This document shows, piece after piece, positions 1 through 10,096 of a stretch of DNA of 64,000 bases. Source of the DNA: Haliotis rufescens (lineage: Eukaryota). Below the pieces are notes generated by a model, which saw only the letters and a program-made list of their open reading frames with translations, did not search any database and was not told the origin of the DNA. The DNA is taken from the NCBI RefSeq assembly GCF_023055435.1, contig NW_025963780.1, positions 44,888,001 to 44,952,000 on the forward strand, read 5' to 3'. Position numbers and translations under genes: made by a program. Numbering within the stretch: the first letter of the stretch is position 1; the number at the start of each line of letters is the position of its first letter.

Positions 1-464
1 CTAAGCATTAGCTACCCTTACCTAACACTACCAGACTTACAGATGAACACACAACACTGCAGGCAAGATAACAGAACCGTACCAGCAGTGAACAAAGCAG
101 ATGGCATACCCAAAAATAATCTGTACAGTCAGCGGGTGTCGCAAACTGAAATGAAACCCGGCCATACTAGGCTGAAATACTTGCACCATCTAACGTTTGA
201 CCTATGCTAATATAACACAATCACATTTCATGCATGGCATAAACATGACCATAAAAATGACAAATAAATAAATATTCTCAACAATTGCAAAAGCTACCAC
301 ACTTACCAAATGGGTATGAATAATAAACAAACCAGGTCTAGGTCAGTCTTATCAAGAGTGAGTGAGCGCAGAAGTATCAACCTAACACCTTGTATAAATA
401 ATTGAAAAACCTAATATACATAAATATAACCCCAGGCTTAGGTGACAGTTGACCGCTGTCAGTC

Positions 465-522
465 GGCACTCGTGAAGAGCAACCTCCTCGTGGTGAGTGC
501 TGGGTAACGCTAATCGCTCTTC
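465..522 (+). ncRNA. HDV-like self-cleaving ribozyme (P4 essentially absent) at the LINE 5' end
   Basis: P1 GGCACTC 465-471 / GAGTGCT 495-501 with G-U wobble at the first base. P2 GAAGAGC 474-480 / GCTCTTC 516-522. P3 ACC 482-484 / GGT 492-494. L3 TCCTCGT. P1.1 CC/GG at 502-503. J4/2 GCTAA with candidate catalytic C510. Predicted cut 464/465 equals the TSD boundary. Confidence 0.88.
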
Positions 523-593
523 CCCCGTGTGGAACCGGGGCAGAATATTTCCACAGCACCCCATTGCTGGTCGTAAGAGGCGACCAAAGTGGG
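523..593 (+). ncRNA. Unclassified double-pseudoknot RNA module in the LINE 5' UTR, shared with the head of family A
   Basis: CCCCG/CGGGG stem whose loop TGTGGAA pairs with TTCCACA. GCA/TGC stem whose loop CCCA pairs with TGGG at 590-593. Hairpin TGGTCG-TAAGAGG-CGACCA. Compensatory changes relative to family A copies. Confidence 0.7.
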
Positions 594-1102
594 CAGCCCG
601 TTTGCCGTGGGTTGCGTCCCTGTGTCGGCGGAGGACGGGAGTCTGGTGGTTGAGGGCACTGGTTCCAGGAACAGTGTTCCTTTGCCCAATACACCACTTC
701 GACCCTTACTTCGCCTAGACGGGAGGTAGGATGGGCCCGGTCCTATCAATCGGCTGGTCATGCCGAGCCCTGTGCATTCAAAATTGCATTTGCACCAGTT
801 ATGTTTCAGAATTGTATTTTATTTGAGGCTTGGCCCTGATTATTCTGACTGATGTCTCAATTTCAAATGTTTGTATTTCCAATGTATGTATTTCAAGTTT
901 GAAATTTGCCTAGAGTCCTATGCCCAGAAGGCGGTGGTTCATGGGCCAATCTGGTAGAACAATATCTTTTGTTTCTGATTGAGTATATCCTCTTGGTATC
1001 CTTGGTGTCGCCTGTCGGAGGCCCACAGGCAGATGGCATTGTCCTTGTTGACACTCCATGGTGGGTGGGGACCCAAGAGGATGAAACACACTTAATACCA
1101 AC

Positions 1103-2323
1103 ATGGAACCCCCTTTAAAAAAACGCTCTCATGTATCTCATGACTGGTTTGATTCTGAAGATGTTAGTCCAAGGACTTCTCCTGTTACTGTTGACAACTG
1201 GCCTCGATTCTTGGTGATATCTACTTCGGATGGCACCCCGTTAAAGCTGAACCCCTTTGCAATTGAGAAAGCAATACAAGGCATAGCTGGAGATGTGGCA
1301 GATGCCAAAAGATTGCGGTCTGGGTGCTTATTGATAGAATGTAAGAGACAAAAGCAAGCCGTCAATTTGCTCTCACTTCAGTCACTTGTCAGTGTTCCTG
1401 TTGTGGTATCCCCACACAGATCTCTCAATAGTAGCAAGGGAATCGTTCGAGATAGAGGGCGATTCCTGGCAGATATGACTGAAGATGAAATTGTATTGGA
1501 ACTTAAAGGTCAAGGTGTAACGTCGGTGAAGCGCTTTACTGCCAAAAGACAAAATGAAGTTGTTTTAACAAACACTTATCTTTTTACATTTGGATCTCCT
1601 AAAATCCCAGACTCACTTAAAGCAGGCTATTGTAACATCAAGGTGGATAGGTATATCCCTAATCCACTGAGATGTTACAAATGCCAAAAATTTGGTCATG
1701 GTTCTAAGTCATGCACTCATCCATCTGCTTGTCATCGATGTGGTGGCAGTTGTGCCGACAGTGCTGTGTGTGATAATGTGCCATCTTGTGTCAACTGCTC
1801 TGGGGACCACTATTCCTCCTCAAAGGAATGCCCAACTTGGAAATGTGAAGCAAAAATTGTCAAACTGAAACACGAACAGAACATATCGTTTCAAGATGCT
1901 AAGAAACTTGTACTAGCTGAAGCACATCCAACGATGCCTTCTTACTCAGTTACAACCTAGAAAGTTGTTTCAAGGTCTGTTTCCTTTGCATCCATTGGTT
2001 GCCAAACAGATTACACTTGGACAAGAACTGAGTCTCCTCAAGTCATCTCACTTTCTCTGGTTAAAACAACTGCATCTAAAACATCTAGTTCACAGACTAC
2101 TAAATCAATACCTCCTGCTAACAAAAAAAACCCAGACGTTGATTATTCTAAGAATAAGAATAACTCAGATCGTGTCCCAAAAGGTCATAGAGATCCAGTC
2201 TCAATGTTTAATAGGTTTGGTGTGTTTGAGGACATGGACGTGTCCTCTCCACAAAACACACGTTCAAGGAGCCATTCTCCAAAGAAGAAAGACCGAGACC
2301 GGTCTCCTGTCAATGCTCCTTAA
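1103..2323 (+). pseudogene. LINE ORF1 (gag-like nucleic-acid-binding protein with CCHC knuckles), one in-frame stop
   Basis: Motifs PRFLVI, PHRSLNSSKGIV, YIPNPLRCYKCQKFGH, CHRCGG, CVNCSGDH. TAG at 1958-1960, after which the same frame continues (KVVSRS...NRFGVFEDMD...VNAP) to TAA 2321-2323. Confidence 0.9.
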
Positions 2324-5300
2324 ATGTATCATAATACAATCCTACAGTGGAACTGTCGAGGGCTTAGTGCGAATTTTGATGAGGTGAAACTTTTATCAAA
2401 AGAGTTTAATCCAGTGGCTTTTAGTCTTCAAGAAACGTATTTAGGTGACTGCGATAATCTTAGCTTCCGTCAATATGATATGTATCATTCATATGCGAAG
2501 GTTACTAATGGTAAAAGGACAGGTGGTGCGAGCATTCTCGTTCAACAAGGGACAATCCATAGTGCTGTTCCCCTAAATACCAACCTACAGGCGGTTGCAG
2601 TCCGCTTAACTTTGCATATTGCTATAACTTTATGTTCGCTTTATTTACCACCATCATCTGCACTTCAGATTAAAGATTTAGATAATCTGATCACCCAACT
2701 TCCTAAGCCTTTCTTGCTTATGGGCGATCTTAATGGCCACAACCCATTATGGGGTTCCAGTGATCAAAATCATAAAGGGAAAATACTTGAGGAGTTGCTT
2801 CAGAAGCATGATCTCTGTCTATTTAATGATGGTAGCAACACGTATTTACATCCAGCCACTGGTACTTACTCTGCTCTTGATTTAGCCTTTGCTGATCCGT
2901 CTCTTTTTGATGAGTTCTCATGGTCAGTACATGATGACCTGTGTGGGAGTGATCATTTCCCAACCTTACTCAAAACTATCGTTCCTTGTAAAGACCCACC
3001 CATTACTAAATGGAAACTTAACAAGGCAGATTGGCAAACGTTTAGTTCCATGTGCGGTGATGAATTGACCTTCGAAAATTTTACTGATGATCCTGACCCA
3101 ATCAGATCATTTTCGGATAAATTGATCTCCATTGCCACAGAAACCATCCCCAAGACCTCGATTAATCCACTTGTAAAAACACCATGGTATAATGAAGATT
3201 GTAGGAAAGCTAGGAAAAATAGGAAAAAGTCTGAAAGAGTGTTTAATAAACACCCAACAGCCAATAATTTAAACTGCTTAAGAATGTCTAGAGCAAAGGC
3301 TCGTAGAACAATTAAACAAAATAAACGTACAAGCTGGAAAAAGTTTGTTTCGAAAATAAATTCTCGAACCCCCCTTAATAAAGTATGGAATATGATAAGA
3401 AAGATAAAAGGAAAGGGGTCACAGAACAAGTTTCAGCATCTACAATCTAATCATAATGTATTGACATCAAAACAGGATATTGCTAATAAGTTGGCAGAAA
3501 CGTTCAGCCAAAATTCCTCATCTGCCAACTATGACCCAAAATTTCAAAAATTTCAAAATCAGCAGGAAAGGAAAACTCTGAATTTTCGGTCTGATAATGC
3601 AGAGGATTACAATGAATCCTTTTCGTTGACTGAGTTACAAGAGGCTTTGAACAAGGCTCCTGATACATCTTCTGGACCAGATGACGTACATTATCAATTT
3701 TGAAACGTCTTCCTGAGCCTTCTCTTTTAACCCTTTTATCCATATTTAATAGTATATGGGAAAATGGTAACTTCCCTCCTTCCTGGCATGAGGCTACTAT
3801 AATACCTGTGCCTAAACCTGGTAAAGATCACACAGATTCTTCTAATTAGAGACCTATTGCTCTGACAAGTTGTCTCTGTAAAACCATGGAACGGATGATT
3901 AACCGGCGTCTCGTTTGGTTTCTTGAATCAAATAATCTGATCACAGACATTCAGTGTGGTTTTAGACACAACAGGAGCACCATCGATCATCTTGTCCGAT
4001 TGGAATCATTTGTACGGAATGGCTTTGTAAACAAGCAACATGTTGTGTCGATCTTTTTTGATCTTGAGAAGGCTTACGATACCACGTGGAAGTATGGTAT
4101 ATTAAAAGATCTCCACGACATGGGTATACGTGGCCGTATGCCTGATTTCATCACTCGCTTTTTAGAAGATAGAAAATTTAAAGTTAGAGTTGGTTCCACA
4201 TTGTCCGAGATATATGATCAGGAAATGGGGGTCCCTCAGGGCAGTATTTTATCAGTGACACTTTTTAGCATTAAAATCAACAGTCTTGCTAAAGTTTTAA
4301 ATGAAAATATTGATGGTTCGTTGTTTGTTGACGATTTTAATGTTTCATGCTGTGGTGCAAATATGAATAGCATTGAGAGACAGTTACAGCTTTGTCTCAA
4401 TAAAATACAGAAATGGGCCTCAGAAAATGGTTTTAAGTTTTCCAAAACTAAAACCTGCTGTGTTCATTTTTGCAATAAACGGAAACTGCATAAAGATCCT
4501 GAATTGACTTTAAATAATACTCCAATAAAAGTGGTCAAAGAAACCAAGTTTTTGGGTCTTACCTTTGATCAAAAGTTATCATTTATACCCCACATTAAAA
4601 ATCTTAAAGCTAGATGTTTGAAAGCGCTTGACATTTTAAAGGTAGTGTCAAATACTAGATGGGGTGGTGATGGAGAAACACTATTACATCTCTATAGAAC
4701 TTTGATAAGGTCTAAACTTGATTACGGCTGCTTCATTTATGGTTCAGCTCGTAAATCATACATTCAAGTACTTGACACTATTCACCATCAGGGTCTTCGG
4801 TTGTGTCTTGGAGCATTTAGGACATCGCCAATTGAAAGTCTATATGTGGAAGCCAATGAACCCAGTCTTCGCTTAAGACGAATAAAACTGGCATTACAAT
4901 ATATCACTAAACTCCGCTCCCATCCTTCTAATCCAGCATTTAACAATATCTTCAATGCTCCATATCAGCATTTATATCTCAGAAAACCAAACACAATCCC
5001 ACCACTTGGAATTCGCATGCAATCCCATATCAAGGATGCCCATTTAAATCTATCTGCCATTGCCGAATACAAAATCTCAGAAATGCCTCCTTGGCAATCG
5101 ATACAACCTGATGTTAATTTAGAATTAGCGAACCTGAAGAAGTCAGACACTAATCAATTATTTTATCAACAAGAATTTCATGAACTGAAGATCCGATATT
5201 CCTCTTATACCAGTATTTTACACTGATGGTTCAAAAGATGATGAAAAGGTGTCTGCTGCAGCTGTTGCTAACAATTATACTATGTCTATACGTATTACTG

Positions 5301-6010
5301 ACGGAAGTTCGATCTTTACGGCAGAAGCTCAGGCTATATTATTAGCTTTGCAATATATTGAACAGTCTTCTAAAAGAAGTTTTCTCATATTATCTGATAG
5401 TTTGTCCTGTTTACAGGCCATCAAAAATCGAAAAGTGGATCATCCATTTTTAGCTGACATTTTAAGATGTCATCTCAATTTATCCGTAGCTGGAAAAGAT
5501 ATAATTTTTTGTTGGCTGCCCAGTCATGTTGGCATCAGTGGTAACTGTAAAGCAGATTCTTCGGCAAAAGCCGCTCTTAATAAACAAATTTCAAACACAA
5601 ACTTCCCTTATTCTGATCTAAAACCTTCCATCAGACAATATGTGAATGACCATTGGCAAAAAAGTTGGAATACCAAGACTATGAACAAACTTCATGCTAT
5701 CAAACCACAGATTGGAGGTCACGCATATTTTGGTTTACATCGTCATGATGAGGTTGTTTTACAGCGGTGCCGAATTGGCCATAGTTATTATACACATTCG
5801 TTTTTATTGAAGGGTGAAGATCCACCTTTTTGTATACCTTGCCATAGCCCTCTTACTATGAAGCACATTCTGCTGGAATGTGTTGATTTTGCACTTGTCA
5901 GGCAACGTTTTTATGATAATGTTCGTACCTTATCTGAACTTTTTACCACAGTTTCTAATCACTTGATTTTAGCGTATTTAAAGGAAATCAAGCTCTATGA
6001 TAAAATATAG
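2324..6010 (+). pseudogene. LINE ORF2 (AP endonuclease, reverse transcriptase, RNase H, C-terminal zinc finger), disrupted
   Basis: APE: QWNCRGL, LQET, GDLNGH, SDHFP. RT: FFDLEKAYD, GVPQGSILS, FVDD. RNase H: TDGS, LSDSLS, WLPSHVGISGN. ZnF: CIPC...H....C. Lesions: frameshift ~3700, stop at 3847-3849 (SN*RPIAL), frameshift ~5218. Confidence 0.95.
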
Positions 6011-7122
6011 ATTTTTACCTGAACAGTCAGTTTTTTACCTCTGAATGTGATATATGACTGAGATTTTAGTGATTTTCAACATCACTTTTATTCTATTGGT
6101 TGATATCTGATTACGAAAAAGACATTTCTCGCCGCGAATAACTGCAAAATTGCTGATGCGGCGTTAAGCAATATTCACTCACTCACCGCTGTCAGTCATG
6201 CGAATGACTGAGTGCAGAAGTGTCAACCTAAAACCTTGTATAAACAGTGAATACATACCTGCAAACACCTGCATTAATGAAAAGACCTGCAGAATACTTA
6301 CCCACTATTTAATGTGCATTAATGTGAATACATAATATATATACATATAATAATAAGGTGTAAAGGGATAAATGATGATAACACTACACATATATAAATA
6401 TGCTAACAGAATTTATATTAAAAACAAAAAACGCAAAGCCATGGGAGTTGTTACAGTGTTACCATGCACACAGTGACAGTGATTGACAGCTAGGTACAAG
6501 CAACACTGCAATCAACACCATGAAACTTACACGTAATACGCCGGGTGAAAAGCATGCAGCTTCCAGCGGTTGACATGATCAAAACACATGAATAGTGGAT
6601 ACATCAACACCCTTTGATATTACTATGCATTTAACATTACGTGTATGTTTTTTATGGCCGAAAAGTGATAAATGTAAAAACTAAAGAGCATTGGGGTATT
6701 ACTCAAACTTCTCCATACTACGAGTTTTGCTCTATATAAGGACATCACGTGACCCATTCATCAGTCCTTTTCCATTGTCGTGTGACATATTTACTTTTGT
6801 CACAAATATCACAAATAGGCTTTATCCTGTTCACAGCGCCATTGTTGTGAAAGCCTAGTGATATGGAAAAGGTGCTTATCTTACAGCGTAAGCGTGATGA
6901 TGGGGAGATCGAGATCGTTAGCTTCGGTTCATTTCGTCCGTTGTCTTTGCTGTCCAGTCTCAATCTGTCAATTGTTACCTGTCAGATTTGGCGGGTAAGT
7001 TGATCACGTGTCTCGATCACACCCGGAAACATACGAGTAACATCGGGTGGCCAATCCGATGTAACCCAATGTACGAGTGTGGAAGCACCAATCACTACAA
7101 TTATATTAGTATTGGTATAATG

Positions 7123-8975
7123 TACTGAATCGCAAAAGAAACGTCACCCCAAGTAACATTGCATGAAAAGTTAAATATTTAAATATCTGAGTAATGTTTG
7201 TCAAGATTTCTAAAATTTAACTTTACCTTGTCCGGAAAAATGAAATTTGATGATTAAAAAAACAAAGCAGATGACAATAAAACCGATAGCCCAAACGCAT
7301 CACGGCAACGGCCATGGTAACACGTGCAAATTGAAATGCACATGCGTTCCCCCATTTCTTGCCCTATAAAAATCCAACCAGATCGGATAACATTCATTCG
7401 TTGCTGAATCGCTACCACATGCCACGATTGACAAGAAATCAGCGACACCAAGCCCTTGGACGATTGCAAGCTGGACAAACCACCCGGCAAGTAGCCAATG
7501 CATTTCAAGTCCACGTAAGGACCATATACAGGCTCCAGCAACGGTACCAGACCACCAACACGACAGATGACCGACCACGCGGTGGAAGACCAAGGGTCAC
7601 CACCCGACGTCAGTATCGTCAGATTGTGCGACAGCATCTTCAAGATCGCTTTGTTACTGCTGCGGAAATGCTCGACAGACCACGAGGACACACCAGCGAC
7701 AAATTAGTGCGGTCACCGTGCATCGACGATTGATGAGCAGACACCTCTGCTGTCACAGGCCACACCGAGGATCCATTCTGACACCACGTCATCGCCGGGA
7801 CCGTCTTCAGTGGACAACAGGGGGCACGGGTGGCCCAGTCGTCTAGTCGTCTAAGGCGCCGCGATTCGCTGTGCAGAGTTGCGTCCCTTGGGCACGCCAG
7901 AAACCTGTGATTGTGGGTTCGAATCCCGGTTCGCCCCGATTATGTTTCTAGGTTTGTCAGCACCATACCCGTGCTCGTGGGTTTCACCGAAGTGGTAAAC
8001 GTCTGAGACCTGCATCACCTCGGGATTTCCCCCCACATTAAGCTGACACGCCGTGATATTACTGGAATACTGTTAAAAGCGGCGTTAAACCCCACTCACT
8101 CACTCACTCAGTGGACAACACAGCACCAGCATTGGCGCCACCAGCCATGGAGAAGAGTCCTCTTCTCAGACGAGAGCCGTTACTGTATCTCAACAGTAGA
8201 TGGCAGAGAGAGAGAGAGAGAGTCTGGCGACGCCGTGGGTAAAAATGTTATTGTAACAATGCTTGTGTTATTGAGAGAGACTCGTGGGGTGGTCCAAGCA
8301 TCATGGTGTCGGGTGGATTTGGTCTTGCACAGAGGGTCGGCTCTATGATCTTCAAGAACATCGATCCAAGGAGAAGCAATGGTGTCACAGCAGCTCGGTA
8401 CATTGATCATGTTTTTGAGACCACACGCTATACCTCATTTTGCACGTCGCCGCAACCACGAGTTTCAGCATGTTAACGCCCGTGCCCACAGTGCGAGAGC
8501 AACACGAGACTTCCTCAAGCAGAATGGCAACAGAACCCTGCAGTGGCCTGCCCTCAGTCCCGAATTAAATCCCAATGAGCACCTGTGGGACGAGATTCAA
8601 ATACGGCTGAAAGACGTCCGACCAAGGCCGACCACTGCAGTTGAACTGCGTCAGGCGTTCCTCAGAGTGTGGGCTTAAGTGCCTATGGCCTTCATCAACC
8701 GCATCATCCATTCCATGTATCGACGTTGCACGACAGTCATCAATGCACATGGCGGACACACGAGATACTGATTTGTGATGCCATTTTCTCAGAGACTAGT
8801 TTTGTGTTTCACTTTAAGAACATTTGACACTTTAATTTCTACCTTGATGATCAGTTTTGCCAAGTTTCATCTTTTTAATATGTCTCAAAGTATGTTTCAA
8901 GGTCTCAAAGTACAGTGTTTGGACAAAGGTTTTTCATATGTCTATCCATGGTGACGTTTCTTTTCCGGTTCAGTA
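7123..8975 (+). mobile_element. Tc1/mariner DNA transposon, degenerate, with terminal inverted repeats; interrupted by a SINE
   Basis: TIRs TACTGAATCGCAAAAGAAACGTCACC (from 7123) and GGTGACGTTTCTTTTCCGGTTCAGTA (to 8975). Transposase relic from ATG 7419 (MPRLTRNQRHQALGRLQAG, GRPRVTT, FSDES, WPALSPELNPNEHLWD, GGHTRY*) with frameshifts. Confidence 0.92.
7820..8107 (+). mobile_element. tRNA-headed SINE, family B
   Basis: A-box-like TGGCCCAGTCGTCTA and B box GGTTCGAATCC; LINE-like tail with (CACT)n; 13-bp TSD TCAGTGGACAACA at 7807-7819 and 8108-8120. Confidence 0.92.
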
Positions 8976-9078
8976 TATATTTAGTTTCTTTCATTTCAAG
9001 TTTAGTCATCATTTTGTCACATAATTAGGAGAATACTAGTAACAATTAGTTCCTCTCAGATCTTCCAGAGTTTATTTG

Positions 9079-9330
9079 ACCCGTGAAGATCCGGGGTAGA
9101 ATTGGTCTTCAGCAACCCATGCTTGCCCTAAAAGGCGACTAACGGGATCGGGTGGTCAGGCTCGCTGACTTGGTTGATGCATGTCATCAATCCAAATTGC
9201 GTGGATCGATGCTCATGATCTTAATCACTGGACTGTCTGGTCCAGACTCGATTATTTACAGACCGCCGTCATATAGCTGGAATATTGCTGAGTGCGGCGT
9301 TAAACAACAAACCAACCAACAACCAACCGT
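9079..9330 (+). mobile_element. Short non-autonomous retroelement, family A (pseudoknot head, LINE tail)
   Basis: Starts ACCCGTGAAGATCCGGGGTAGAA, ends GCGGCGTTAAA(CAAC)n; TSD AGTTTATTT at 9069 and 9331. Confidence 0.9.
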
Positions 9331-9377
9331 AGTTTATTTAATAGGTTATCACGTTAAGTTCCTTGTTATTAAAACTG

Positions 9378-9661
9378 AGGGGCACGGGTGGCCAAGTCGT
9401 CTAAGGCGCCGCAATTCGCTGTGCAGAGTTGCGTCCCTTGGGCACGCCAGAAACCTATGATTGTGGGTTCGAATCCCGGTTCGCCACGATTATGTTTCTA
9501 GGTTTGTCAGCACCATACCCGTGCTCGTGGGTTTCACCGAAGTGTTAAACGTCTGAGACCTGCATCACTTCGGGCTTTCCTCCCACATTAAGCTGACACG
9601 CCGTGATATAACTGGAATACTGTTAAAAGCGGCGTTAAACCCAACTCACTCACTCACTCAC
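9378..9661 (+). mobile_element. SINE family B
   Basis: Near-identical to 7820-8107; TSD TATTAAAACTG at 9367-9377 and 9662-9672. Confidence 0.92.
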
Positions 9662-10096
9662 TATTAAAACTGGTTAGTCATTCAAATTTAGATAAGCCAT
9701 TATTTAAGTTAAACCACGCTCAAAAAGTATTTAGTTCAACTGCGCAACACCCCCTGAAGAAGTTAATCACTGTCGCGCGACCGAGATTGTAATTGGTAAA
9801 ATCATTTTGGCGATAACACGAACAGCTGAGTTGAGATTGTTGCTTGCGGGTCTAAGTCGTAAAGCACATGCATTTGCACGTGCAACACGCCACTTGCGAC
9901 TTGCTAAAAGCTCTAAGTCCATTCACAATGTGTAATTATTTTGAACTGTCGTCTTAATTATTGTTGTTCAACATGCCTCGTAAGAGATTATCTGACAGCG
10001 AAAGGTGGCGACAAATAGGCAGGAATGCAGGAATGTCCAAGGGGGCTGTTGGTCGTCAGCAGGGTCACTATCATGCCGTTATAAGCAGATTGTCAC

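Larger units (their letters stand above)
465..6184 (+). mobile_element. Full-length non-LTR retrotransposon, I group (Nimb-like): ORF1 plus APE-RT-RNase H-ZnF ORF2; inactivated
   Basis: Exact 13-bp TSD ACCGCTGTCAGTC at 452-464 and 6185-6197. About 640-bp 5' UTR, two-ORF layout, 3' stem-loop CGCCGC...GCGGCG and (CACT)n tail. RNase H plus CCHC-knuckle ORF1 indicate the I group. Confidence 0.95.

Noticed and set aside
7820-7940. Possible tRNA genes here and at 9378, 18969, 20694 and 30157
   Set aside because: These are SINE heads: no proper acceptor stem, and they carry shared bodies, LINE-type tails and TSDs.
9079-9150. Reading the family A head as an HDV ribozyme because of GGCGACTAA
   Set aside because: Helix order does not fit P1-P2-P3-L3-P1, there is no UCC-type L3, and the C lies in the GTCG/CGAC stem.
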